Source of the DNA: an uncultured Atribacterota bacterium
GTDB taxonomy: Bacteria > Atribacterota > Phoenicimicrobiia > Phoenicimicrobiales > Stramentimicrobiaceae
DNA length: 36,057 bases
Direction of reading: 5' to 3'
Assembly (NCBI GenBank): GCA_964485485.1
Contig: CAZAJW010000141.1
Coordinates: 1-36,057 of the forward strand
A program made the translations under genes and the position numbers. Position 1 is the stretch's first letter. Every line of letters starts with the position of its first letter. This document shows positions 21,758 to 29,910 of the stretch, piece after piece. Under the pieces are notes generated by a model that saw nothing but the letters and a program-made list of their open reading frames with translations, did not search any database and was not told the origin of the DNA.

Positions 21758-22008
21758 ATTTAATTTAACCATAAAAAATTACCTTCTTAGACTTAGAAGG
21801 TGGTAATGGTTAAATTAAATGGTTTACCATAAAAAGATTAAGATAAGCTAGATGACAATTTTTTACCTGAAGCCCAAAGTTGGAAATAATATTGCTTAAA
21901 TAATATTATAGACTAAAATTAAATAAAAAATAGAAAGAAAAATGTTAAAAAGTTAAAACTCTTTTAAAGATTTTTAAAGTCACCCGCTATTTGGGTGCGA
22001 TATTTACT
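21758..22008 (+). repeat. Dispersed structured intergenic element, copy B (full length)
   Basis: 15-bp stem 21758-21772/21806-21820, core AGCTAGATGACAATTTTTTACCTGAAGCCCAAAGTTG, 3' CACCCGCTATTTGGGTGCGATATTTACT; colinear with reverse complement of 35691-35925. Confidence 0.92.
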
Positions 22009-22080
22009 TGTAATATTTACAAAAATATCCTAAATCATCATTCCCAAAATAAAAGGGGAGGATTAAAAGGTTAAGAAGCT

Positions 22081-23148
22081 ATGAATATAAATTTAATCAA
22101 GATATTGGACGAAATTGAAAAAGAAAAAGGCATTTCTAAAGAAGTGTTAATTGATACTATTGAAACATCTCTTGTTTCTGCATATAAAAAGAATTTTACA
22201 GAGGGTAAAAATAATATAGAAATAGTATTTAGCAAAGATACCGGTAAAGTACAGGTATTTACAAAAAAAGTAGTTGTGGATATTGTGAAAAACCCATCTT
22301 CGGAAATTGATATGGAGCATGCTACTCAGTATAAGCAGGGAGATGTTACTATAGGAGATGAAGTTGACATAGAAGTAACACCAAGGGAGTTTGGTCGAAT
22401 TGCCACTCAAACTGCCAAACAAGTTATTGTTCAAAAAATCAGAGAAGCAGAGAGAAAGGCAATTTATGAGCGTTATATTGACAAAGTCAGAGATATTGTG
22501 ACTGGAATTATACAACGTCAGGAAAACTATAATATTATTGTAGATTTAGGAAAAGCTGAAGCTGTCTTACCTCTAAACGAACAGGTAAAAAAGGAAAATT
22601 ATAGTAAAGGTAAACGCATGAAGTTTTATGTTATTGAGGTTAAAAAAACATCTAGAGGACCACGAATTGTACTTTCAAGGACACATCCTGATTTGTTGAA
22701 ACGTTTATTTGAATTGGAAGTTCCGGAGATACACGAAGGTTTGGTGGAGATTAAATGCATTGCCAGAGAAGCAGGGAAACGTTCAAAAATAGCGGTTGAT
22801 AGCAAGGAAGATATGGTTGATTCTATTGGTTCCTGTATTGGTGACCGAGGTTCCCGAATAAAATCTATAATGACAGAACTACAAGATGAAAAAATTGATG
22901 TTATTAAATGGAATGAAGATGATAAAGTATTTATTGCGAATTCACTTAATCCGGCAAAAGTCTCATTCGTACGATTGTTTGAAAAAGAAAAGAGAGCCCT
23001 GGTAGTTGTCGATGATGGACAGTTATCTCTTTCAATAGGCAAGGAAGGTCAAAATGCTAGATTGGCTGCCAGATTAACAGGATGGAAAATTGATATAAAG
23101 AGTGATTCTCAATACAAAAAAGAGAATTCAAATGAACAAAATGTATAA
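22081..23148 (+). CDS. nusA: Transcription termination/antitermination factor NusA
   Basis: FGRIATQTAKQVI, S1 domain, LSRT..LFELEVPEI, AREAGKRSKIAV, IGKEGQNARLAARLTGWKIDI. Confidence 0.98.
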   Translation: MNINLIKILDEIEKEKGISKEVLIDTIETSLVSAYKKNFTEGKNNIEIVFSKDTGKVQVFTKKVVVDIVKNPSSEIDMEHATQYKQGDVTIGDEVDIEVTPREFGRIATQTAKQVIVQKIREAERKAIYERYIDKVRDIVTGIIQRQENYNIIVDLGKAEAVLPLNEQVKKENYSKGKRMKFYVIEVKKTSRGPRIVLSRTHPDLLKRLFELEVPEIHEGLVEIKCIAREAGKRSKIAVDSKEDMVDSIGSCIGDRGSRIKSIMTELQDEKIDVIKWNEDDKVFIANSLNPAKVSFVRLFEKEKRALVVVDDGQLSLSIGKEGQNARLAARLTGWKIDIKSDSQYKKENSNEQNV

Positions 23149-23207
23149 TTGATGAAAAAAGCAGGAATATTAGCGATTAATAATATTTGTAATATACCTA
23201 TAATGTA

Positions 23208-23296
23208 AAGACGAAGAAAAAAATATCTGACAATTTTCACCTGAAGTCCAAAACAGGAGGCTATTAAAGCCAATTGCTAAGCGGGTGCGATATTTG
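23208..23296 (+). repeat. Dispersed structured intergenic element, copy C (short)
   Basis: TGACAATTTTCACCTGAAGTCCAAA core joined almost directly to TTAAAGCC...GCGGGTGCGATATTTGC; lacks 5' hairpin and A-rich middle. Confidence 0.8.
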
Positions 23297-23311
23297 CTTA
23301 GAGGAATAATA

Positions 23312-23590
23312 ATGAGAAATTCCAAAAAAATATCTTACAGAACTTGTATTGGTTGCCAGCTAAGAAAACCAAAAAAAGAATTATTAAGAATTATCAGAAC
23401 ACCTGAAGGTAGGATTGAAATAGATTTAACAGGCAAGAAATCAGGACGCGGAGCCTATTTGTGTTATAATATGAAATGTTTTGAAGAGGCAATTAAAAGA
23501 AATAGATTAGGAAAAGCATTAAAGGTAGAAATTTCACCGGAAACAATTAAATCATTAGAAGAAGAATATAAGGCAATAAGAAATAATTAG
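23312..23590 (+). CDS. ylxR: YlxR (DUF448 / RnpM) family RNA-binding protein
   Basis: RTCIGC, KKELLRI, GRGAYLC; between nusA and infB; start moved to ATG 23312 after GAGG. Confidence 0.93.
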   Translation: MRNSKKISYRTCIGCQLRKPKKELLRIIRTPEGRIEIDLTGKKSGRGAYLCYNMKCFEEAIKRNRLGKALKVEISPETIKSLEEEYKAIRNN

Positions 23591-23650
23591 TTAGAAAAAA
23601 TTCATCTAAATACAAGACAATGATTCCGGTTTATATGGAGGTCATCGAGT

Positions 23651-25597
23651 ATGAAAAAAAGAGTATATGAGGTAGCTGAAGACTTGAAAATTCCTACTAA
23701 AGAACTCATAGAATTTCTAAAAAAAGAGGGTATAAATGTGAAAAATCACATGAGTACCCTTGACAATGAAACAATAGAAATCATTCAAGAAGCTATTACA
23801 GAAGAAAGTAAGGAAGAAAAAGATAGGGATAAAGAAAAAAGGAAAGTAGTTGTATTAGAAAAAATGCCCAACCTGAAAGACTTATCAAAACACTTGAAAA
23901 TTCCTTTGTCAATAGCAATGCAACAAGTTTCTAAATTTGCTAATATTTATTCTGTGGACAAAGAATTACCATGGCAAATTGCCCAAAAAGTCTACAAACA
24001 ATACGATTACGAAGTTGATATTTCGACAAAATTAAAAAAGGCGCTTAAATCAAAGAATATAAAAAAGAATATAAAAGAGACTGAACATACATTAGTATCA
24101 AAATCCCCGGCTATTACAATTGTCGGACATGTGGATCATGGGAAAACAACACTTCTTGATATGATTAGAAAAACCAATGTTACCAAAAAAGAAGCAGGGG
24201 GTATTACTCAACATATTGGCGCTTATGTAGTAGAACTCAAAAAAAATAGATTTGTCTTTATTGATACTCCTGGACACGAGGCGTTTACTACCATGCGAGC
24301 ACGTGGAGTAAAGGCTACCGATATCGTTGTACTGGTTGTGGCAGCAGATGACGGAGTTATGCCTCAGACCGTTGAAGCTATAAATCATGCCAGGGCGGCT
24401 AATGTGCCTATTATTGTTGCCATTAATAAAATAGATAAAGCTAATGCTAATATTGATAAAGTAAAAAAAGATTTAGCAAAATATCAACTGGTTCCAGAGG
24501 ACTGGGGTGGAGATACGCTTGTAGCAGAAATATCCGCCCTACAGGGAAAAGGGATTAATGAGTTGTTAGAATTGATTTCCATACAGGCGGAAATGTTAGA
24601 ATTACAGGTTACACCAGAGCTGCCTGCCAGTGGAATAGTTATTGAAACAAAACTAGATAAAAGAAAAGGGATTCTTGGTACAGTATTAATTCAGGATGGA
24701 CATCTAGATATAGGAGATTATTTTGTTGTTGGGACTGCCTATGGAAAAGTGAAGAGCATGATGGATGATAGAGGAAATAAATTGAAGCACGTTGGGCCTT
24801 CAACGCCTGTTGAAATAACTGGTTTTAACAAAATGCCCTTAGCAGGAGATATTTTTCAGGTTGTTGCTGACGACCATTTTGCAAAAACAATTATTGACGG
24901 AAGAGAGTCAGAGGAAAAGAAAAAACAAAACAAGAGTCAAGAGATGGTTTCCTTAGATAATTTGTTTGAGGAGATGACAAAAGGTAAAATAAAAGAATTG
25001 AATATGGTTTTAAAGTGCGACACACAAGGTTCACTGGATGCTATTAAAGGTACACTTTCTAATCTGAGTAATGAAGAAGTCGAGATAAAAATTATTCACA
25101 GTGGAATTGGAGCGATAACTGAAACAGATATTATGCTTGGCTCAGCTTCTAATGCGTTAATTATAGGATTTAATGTGAAGGTTGATGTCAATGCCCAAAA
25201 GTTAGCAAAAAATGAAAAGATTGATGTAAGAATATATAATATAATATATGATTTAATTGATGAGGTTAAGGCTGCTTTAAAGGGGTATCTAAAACCAAAA
25301 TTAGAAGAAGTTGTCAACGGGAAAGCAGAGGTTAGAGAAATATTCAAAATACCCAAGATAGGCATTGTTGCTGGCTGTTATGTAACCGAGGGCAAAATAT
25401 CTACAAAAGATTATATTCGTGTCTTTCATGAAGACAGTAAGATATATGAGGGTAAAGATTTTTCGCTGAAACGATTCAAAGAAGATGTCAAAGAAGTGAA
25501 TGCCGGCTATGAGTGCGGTATAAATATAGCCAAAGTTGATGATCTCCAGGTAAAAGATATTATTGTTTTTTATAATTATAGGGAAGTGGAAAGATAA
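23651..25597 (+). CDS. infB: Translation initiation factor IF-2 (short form)
   Basis: N-terminal [53 protein letters not shown]. Confidence 0.99.
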   Translation: MKKRVYEVAEDLKIPTKELIEFLKKEGINVKNHMSTLDNETIEIIQEAITEESKEEKDRDKEKRKVVVLEKMPNLKDLSKHLKIPLSIAMQQVSKFANIYSVDKELPWQIAQKVYKQYDYEVDISTKLKKALKSKNIKKNIKETEHTLVSKSPAITIVGHVDHGKTTLLDMIRKTNVTKKEAGGITQHIGAYVVELKKNRFVFIDTPGHEAFTTMRARGVKATDIVVLVVAADDGVMPQTVEAINHARAANVPIIVAINKIDKANANIDKVKKDLAKYQLVPEDWGGDTLVAEISALQGKGINELLELISIQAEMLELQVTPELPASGIVIETKLDKRKGILGTVLIQDGHLDIGDYFVVGTAYGKVKSMMDDRGNKLKHVGPSTPVEITGFNKMPLAGDIFQVVADDHFAKTIIDGRESEEKKKQNKSQEMVSLDNLFEEMTKGKIKELNMVLKCDTQGSLDAIKGTLSNLSNEEVEIKIIHSGIGAITETDIMLGSASNALIIGFNVKVDVNAQKLAKNEKIDVRIYNIIYDLIDEVKAALKGYLKPKLEEVVNGKAEVREIFKIPKIGIVAGCYVTEGKISTKDYIRVFHEDSKIYEGKDFSLKRFKEDVKEVNAGYECGINIAKVDDLQVKDIIVFYNYREVER

Positions 25598-25607
25598 AAA
25601 TAAGAGA

Positions 25608-25889
25608 ATGTTAGTAGGAGTTTGTGAACTTTTTATATATTTACCTGAAAGTCAATCTCTGAAAGAAAAAAGAAGTATAATTAAGAGCATTAAGGTTCAA
25701 TTGAGGAAAAAATATAATATATCTATTTCAGAAATTGGCCAAAAAGATATATGGAAAAAATGTACCATTGGTATATGCTGCCTTGGTGATAACCGCCAGA
25801 TAATTGATAGAATAATTGATAGTGTAATTAAGGATATTGAAAGTAATTCTAAGATTGAATTGGTAAATTTTCAGACATCAATTGTCTAA
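25608..25889 (+). CDS. DUF503 family protein (YlxP-like)
   Basis: MLVGV..SLKEKRSI..KYNISISE; conserved position between infB and rbfA; start moved to ATG 25608. Confidence 0.88.
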   Translation: MLVGVCELFIYLPESQSLKEKRSIIKSIKVQLRKKYNISISEIGQKDIWKKCTIGICCLGDNRQIIDRIIDSVIKDIESNSKIELVNFQTSIV

Positions 25890-25959
25890 ATAATATATTG
25901 AAAAAAAATTAATAAAATTAATAAAAGATAAATAGAAAAGGAAATAACAAGTAATTATA

Positions 25960-26337
25960 ATGGTGTTAGAACAAAAAAAGAAACATTTTGAAAAATTATT
26001 AAAAAGAAACATAAGCCATATTATACAAAAAAGAACTAAAGACCCAAGAATAGGTTTTGTAACAGTTACCAGAATAGTTCTGTCTGATGACTTGCATAAT
26101 GCTAGAATATTCATTTCTGTACTTGGTACTAAAGAAGAACAAGAGAAGAGCATGAAGGGCTTACATAGTGCAACCAAATTTATTAGAGCTGAATTGGCTT
26201 TTGGGTTAAAGAAATATCGTTTTACACCTTATATATCGTTTCATTATGATAAAGAATTAGAAAAAGTACATCAGGTTATGGCTCAGGTGTATAGACTGGA
26301 AAAAGAGAAAGAAACTGATAAAGAAGATGCAGAATAA
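25960..26337 (+). CDS. rbfA: Ribosome-binding factor A
   Basis: KDPRIGFVTVT, LSDDL..A.IFIS, TP.ISFHYD; operon position. Confidence 0.92.
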   Translation: MVLEQKKKHFEKLLKRNISHIIQKRTKDPRIGFVTVTRIVLSDDLHNARIFISVLGTKEEQEKSMKGLHSATKFIRAELAFGLKKYRFTPYISFHYDKELEKVHQVMAQVYRLEKEKETDKEDAE

Positions 26338-27319
26338 TAAGCTAAGCGAAATAGCTGATATTTTAAAGGAATACAATAATATTATAATCAGTTCCCATGT
26401 GCATTTGGATGGTGATGCTTTGGGTTCTGAAATAGCCCTTTATTTAATGTTAAGGCAATTAGGAAAAGATGTAAGAATCATCAACCAAGACATAACCCCA
26501 GACATATATCAATTCTTACCATGTATTGAAGAAATAGCCTCTACTGAAAAACTTGATAAAGAATATTCTTTTGATATAAAGCCGAAAACAATATTGGTCA
26601 TTCTCGATTCGAGTAATATTGATAGAATAGGTAAAATTAATATTGATATAAAACAAATAGATTTTATTGTCAACATTGACCACCATCCCAGTAATACCGT
26701 TTTTGGTAAGTATAATTATATAAATCCTCATGCTTCTTCAGTGGGTGAGATTCTTTATGGATTAGGAAAGCAAATGGGTTGTATTATAAACAAGCAAATG
26801 GCAATTCCATTATATACGGCAATTGTTACAGACACTGGTTCGTTCCGTTATGCAAACACAAAGGCAAGTACTTTTAAAATTGCCCTTGATCTAGTAAAAC
26901 TTGGTGTGAACCCGAGTCGTGTTACAGATTATATTTATAACAACAATGAACTTTCTAGCCTAAAAATACTAGGGGAAGCACTACGTAAAATTAGAATAGA
27001 TTCTTCTTCCAGAATTTCATGGACAATCGTTACCAGAGATATGCTAACAGAAACAGAATCGAAAGACGAGGAAATTGAAGGAATTGTAGACAAAATACTA
27101 TCTATAAAAAAAGTGAAGGTTTCTGCTTTTTTTAGAGAAACAAAGAATGGTTATATAAAAGTTAGTTTTCGTTCTAAAGGTGAGTTTAATGTCGACCAAT
27201 TCGCCCGAATGTTCGGGGGAGGCGGTCACCCAAATGCTGCAGGTTGTAGTGTTAAGGGGACTATAAAGGAAACAACCAAATTAATACTTTCAAAATTACA
27301 AACCGAACTTGATAATTAG
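26327..27319 (+). CDS. nrnA: DHH/DHHA1 phosphoesterase (NrnA-like oligoribonuclease / pAp phosphatase)
   Basis: DGDALGS, NIDHH, TDTGSF, SFRS, GGGGHPNAAG. Confidence 0.9.
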   Translation: MQNNKLSEIADILKEYNNIIISSHVHLDGDALGSEIALYLMLRQLGKDVRIINQDITPDIYQFLPCIEEIASTEKLDKEYSFDIKPKTILVILDSSNIDRIGKINIDIKQIDFIVNIDHHPSNTVFGKYNYINPHASSVGEILYGLGKQMGCIINKQMAIPLYTAIVTDTGSFRYANTKASTFKIALDLVKLGVNPSRVTDYIYNNNELSSLKILGEALRKIRIDSSSRISWTIVTRDMLTETESKDEEIEGIVDKILSIKKVKVSAFFRETKNGYIKVSFRSKGEFNVDQFARMFGGGGHPNAAGCSVKGTIKETTKLILSKLQTELDN

Positions 27320-27367
27320 GATAATTAGAATGAATAATTAATTGTTTCTGATTCCAATTATAATATT

Positions 27368-28306
27368 ATGATAAAAGGCATTTTAAATATTAATAAGCCT
27401 GAGGGGATTACTTCAGCAAAAGCAGTTTCAAAGATTAAAGAAAATTTAAAATTAAACAAAGCTGGGCATACCGGTACATTAGACCCATTTGCTACTGGAA
27501 TTCTGCTGGTATGTATTAATCGTGCAACCAAAATTGCCCAATATCTTTCCGATTTGGATAAAGAATACATTGGAACAATGGTGCTTGGTATTTCTACAGA
27601 TACGCAAGACCTAAAAGGTAAAGTACTGAAAATCAGGAATGTTAACCAAGAGACACTCAATATTGGCAATCTAAGAGAGGTTTTTATAAACTTTCAGGGA
27701 AGTATATGGCAAAAACCGCCCATGTTTTCTGCCATTAGACACAAAGGTTTACGACTTTATAACCTTGCCAGAAAAGGCATTAAAGTTGATTTGGATTCTC
27801 GAAAAATATTTATACATCAAATAAGTATTTTAAAAATAAAATATGATTATTTCCCAAGCATTACCTTCAAAGTAAGATGTTCCAAAGGTACTTATATAAG
27901 GTCATTATGTGATGATATCGGTCAAAAATTAGGTTGCGGCGCGTTTTTATCTCAATTAGAACGAACCGAGATAGGCAACCATAATGTAAAACAATCAATT
28001 GATCTGGATAAATTTTTGAGTATGCCAATCAAGGAACAGCTTAAGAACGTATTGACTATTGATCAAGCTTTAAATAATTTTAACAAAATAATATTGTTGA
28101 AAGATGAAGAAATTGTAAATAGGGTAAAAAATGGAAGGCCATTCTTTGAGAGTGAAATAAGTGAAATAGTTAATAAAGAAGCTAATAGTAAATATAACGA
28201 TAGATTCAGGGTTAGTTCTTATGATGGCAAATTATTAGCGATAGGTAAAAAAGTAGAAGATGATAATTACCCAAAAAAGTATAAGGTTGAAAAAGTATTT
28301 ACATGA
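27368..28306 (+). CDS. truB: tRNA pseudouridine(55) synthase
   Basis: NKPEGITS, GHTGTLDPFATG, PPMFSA, CSKGTYIRSL. Confidence 0.97.
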   Translation: MIKGILNINKPEGITSAKAVSKIKENLKLNKAGHTGTLDPFATGILLVCINRATKIAQYLSDLDKEYIGTMVLGISTDTQDLKGKVLKIRNVNQETLNIGNLREVFINFQGSIWQKPPMFSAIRHKGLRLYNLARKGIKVDLDSRKIFIHQISILKIKYDYFPSITFKVRCSKGTYIRSLCDDIGQKLGCGAFLSQLERTEIGNHNVKQSIDLDKFLSMPIKEQLKNVLTIDQALNNFNKIILLKDEEIVNRVKNGRPFFESEISEIVNKEANSKYNDRFRVSSYDGKLLAIGKKVEDDNYPKKYKVEKVFT

Positions 28307-29280
28307 AAACTATTAAAGAGAATCATAATTATAAAAAAATCAATTTTGGTGTCGATAATAATAACTTGAAAAATTATATAGCATTAGGGTTTTTCGATGG
28401 TGTTCATTTGGGCCATCAGGCTCTCTTGAAGTGGTGTGTTAAGGAGGCAAATCTTGCTAATGCTACGAGCACTGCCATTTTATTCGATGAGCATCCAGAA
28501 AAGGTTATTAAAAATTATAATAATTTTTATCTTTTGACAACATTAGAAGAGAGGATTAGACGAATTAGGCAACTGGGAATTCAGCAAATAATTATTATTA
28601 ATTTTAATGATAAATTTCAGAAAATAACCGCTGAAGATTTCATTATAAAAATATTGTTAAAAAAATTTAATATGAGTGCTGTTTTTGTTGGCTATAATTA
28701 TAATTTCGGTTTCCAAAAAAAAGGTGATACTAAGCTTATAAAAGAATTAAGTAACTATTATAATTTTAATTCATATATTATGGAACCAGAGACAATAGAT
28801 AAGAAACAAAAAATAAGTACTACAATTATTAAGGAACATTTAATAAAAGGTAATATTGAAAAAGCCAATAAACTTTTGGGATATCCTTATGAACTTAACG
28901 GAGAAGTAATTCATGGAGAAAAAAGGGGAAGCACTGTTCTGTCTTTTCCAACAGCCAATTTAAAATTAGCAAAAGAAAAACTTATACCTAAAAATGGAGT
29001 ATATATTGCATTTGCCTATTCTGAGGGTAAAAAATGCAATAGTTTGGTTAATATTGGATTTAGGCCTACTTTTAGAAAGACAAAAGACGATACTTCTGTA
29101 GAAATCTATATATTTGATTTTTGTGATGATATTTACAATAAAAAAATATTTATTTCGCTGCTAAAAAGAATAAGGGATGAGAAAAATTTTACAGATGCAA
29201 GTGATTTGGCGGCGCAAATAAAAAAAGATAAAATAATTGCTGAAAAGTTTTTTAGAGAGCATGAACATAGTTTGAGCTAA
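28303..29280 (+). CDS. ribF: Bifunctional riboflavin kinase / FAD synthetase
   Basis: GFFDGVHLGHQ, VGYNYNFG, FPTAN, GVY, NIGFRPTF, IRDE. Confidence 0.96.
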   Translation: MKTIKENHNYKKINFGVDNNNLKNYIALGFFDGVHLGHQALLKWCVKEANLANATSTAILFDEHPEKVIKNYNNFYLLTTLEERIRRIRQLGIQQIIIINFNDKFQKITAEDFIIKILLKKFNMSAVFVGYNYNFGFQKKGDTKLIKELSNYYNFNSYIMEPETIDKKQKISTTIIKEHLIKGNIEKANKLLGYPYELNGEVIHGEKRGSTVLSFPTANLKLAKEKLIPKNGVYIAFAYSEGKKCNSLVNIGFRPTFRKTKDDTSVEIYIFDFCDDIYNKKIFISLLKRIRDEKNFTDASDLAAQIKKDKIIAEKFFREHEHSLS

Positions 29281-29406
29281 AATATTATTTAAAAAGTTAA
29301 TCTTCAATACTGTTTTTATTAAATATTTTCTAAAAAAATATTCTTTAAATAGGGATATATTCAAAATAATATATTTTCTGAAGTAGTAAGAGTGAGTTAA
29401 ATAGAT

Positions 29407-29435
29407 TTGAATGAGTAAATTAATTATGGTATAAT
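29407..29435 (+). promoter_or_regulatory. Putative promoter for rpsO-pnp
   Basis: TTGAAT (29407-29412), 17 bp, TG-g-TATAAT (29430-29435); the very AT-rich background lowers confidence. Confidence 0.55.
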
Positions 29436-29588
29436 ATATATTTGAATAATATAAAAAAACATATTTCGTTATTAAGTATTTTGAGAAGAAAATACTAGAA
29501 GAAAACATATAAAAATTGAAAAATAATTGAAGAAATTTAATTATTATGCCTATATAAACATTATAACAGAAAGAGAGAGTAAGTTGAA

Positions 29589-29855
29589 ATGATTAAAAAA
29601 GAGGTTAAAGATAAAATCATAAAAGGTTACCAGCATCATGAGAAAGATACTGGTTCAACCGAAGTTCAAGTGGCTATCTTGACCGAGCAAATAAATAGCC
29701 TTACCCAGCATTTAATACAAAATAAGAAAGACTCTCATTCCAAACATGGTCTATTAAAAATAGTTGGGAAAAGAAGGAGTCTGCTTAATTATCTTAAAGA
29801 TAATGATATTGATAAATATCGTCAACTAATTAGTCAGTTAAAATTAAGAAAGTAA
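29589..29855 (+). CDS. rpsO: 30S ribosomal protein S15
   Basis: [34 protein letters not shown] end. Confidence 0.98.
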   Translation: MIKKEVKDKIIKGYQHHEKDTGSTEVQVAILTEQINSLTQHLIQNKKDSHSKHGLLKIVGKRRSLLNYLKDNDIDKYRQLISQLKLRK

Positions 29856-29910
29856 AAAAATATAAATATTTTTACCTTCTTGTAAAATAATTTAAGGAGA
29901 AAAGAAATTT

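Noticed and set aside
21866-21886. CTGAAG...GAAA as a hammerhead ribozyme core
   Set aside because: Does not fit CUGANGA, and the required flanking helices are not evident.
29161-29508. 115-aa minus-strand ORF over the ribF-rpsO spacer
   Set aside because: F/I/Y/K/N-rich composition expected from AT-rich non-coding DNA; overlaps the ribF 3' end; no motif.
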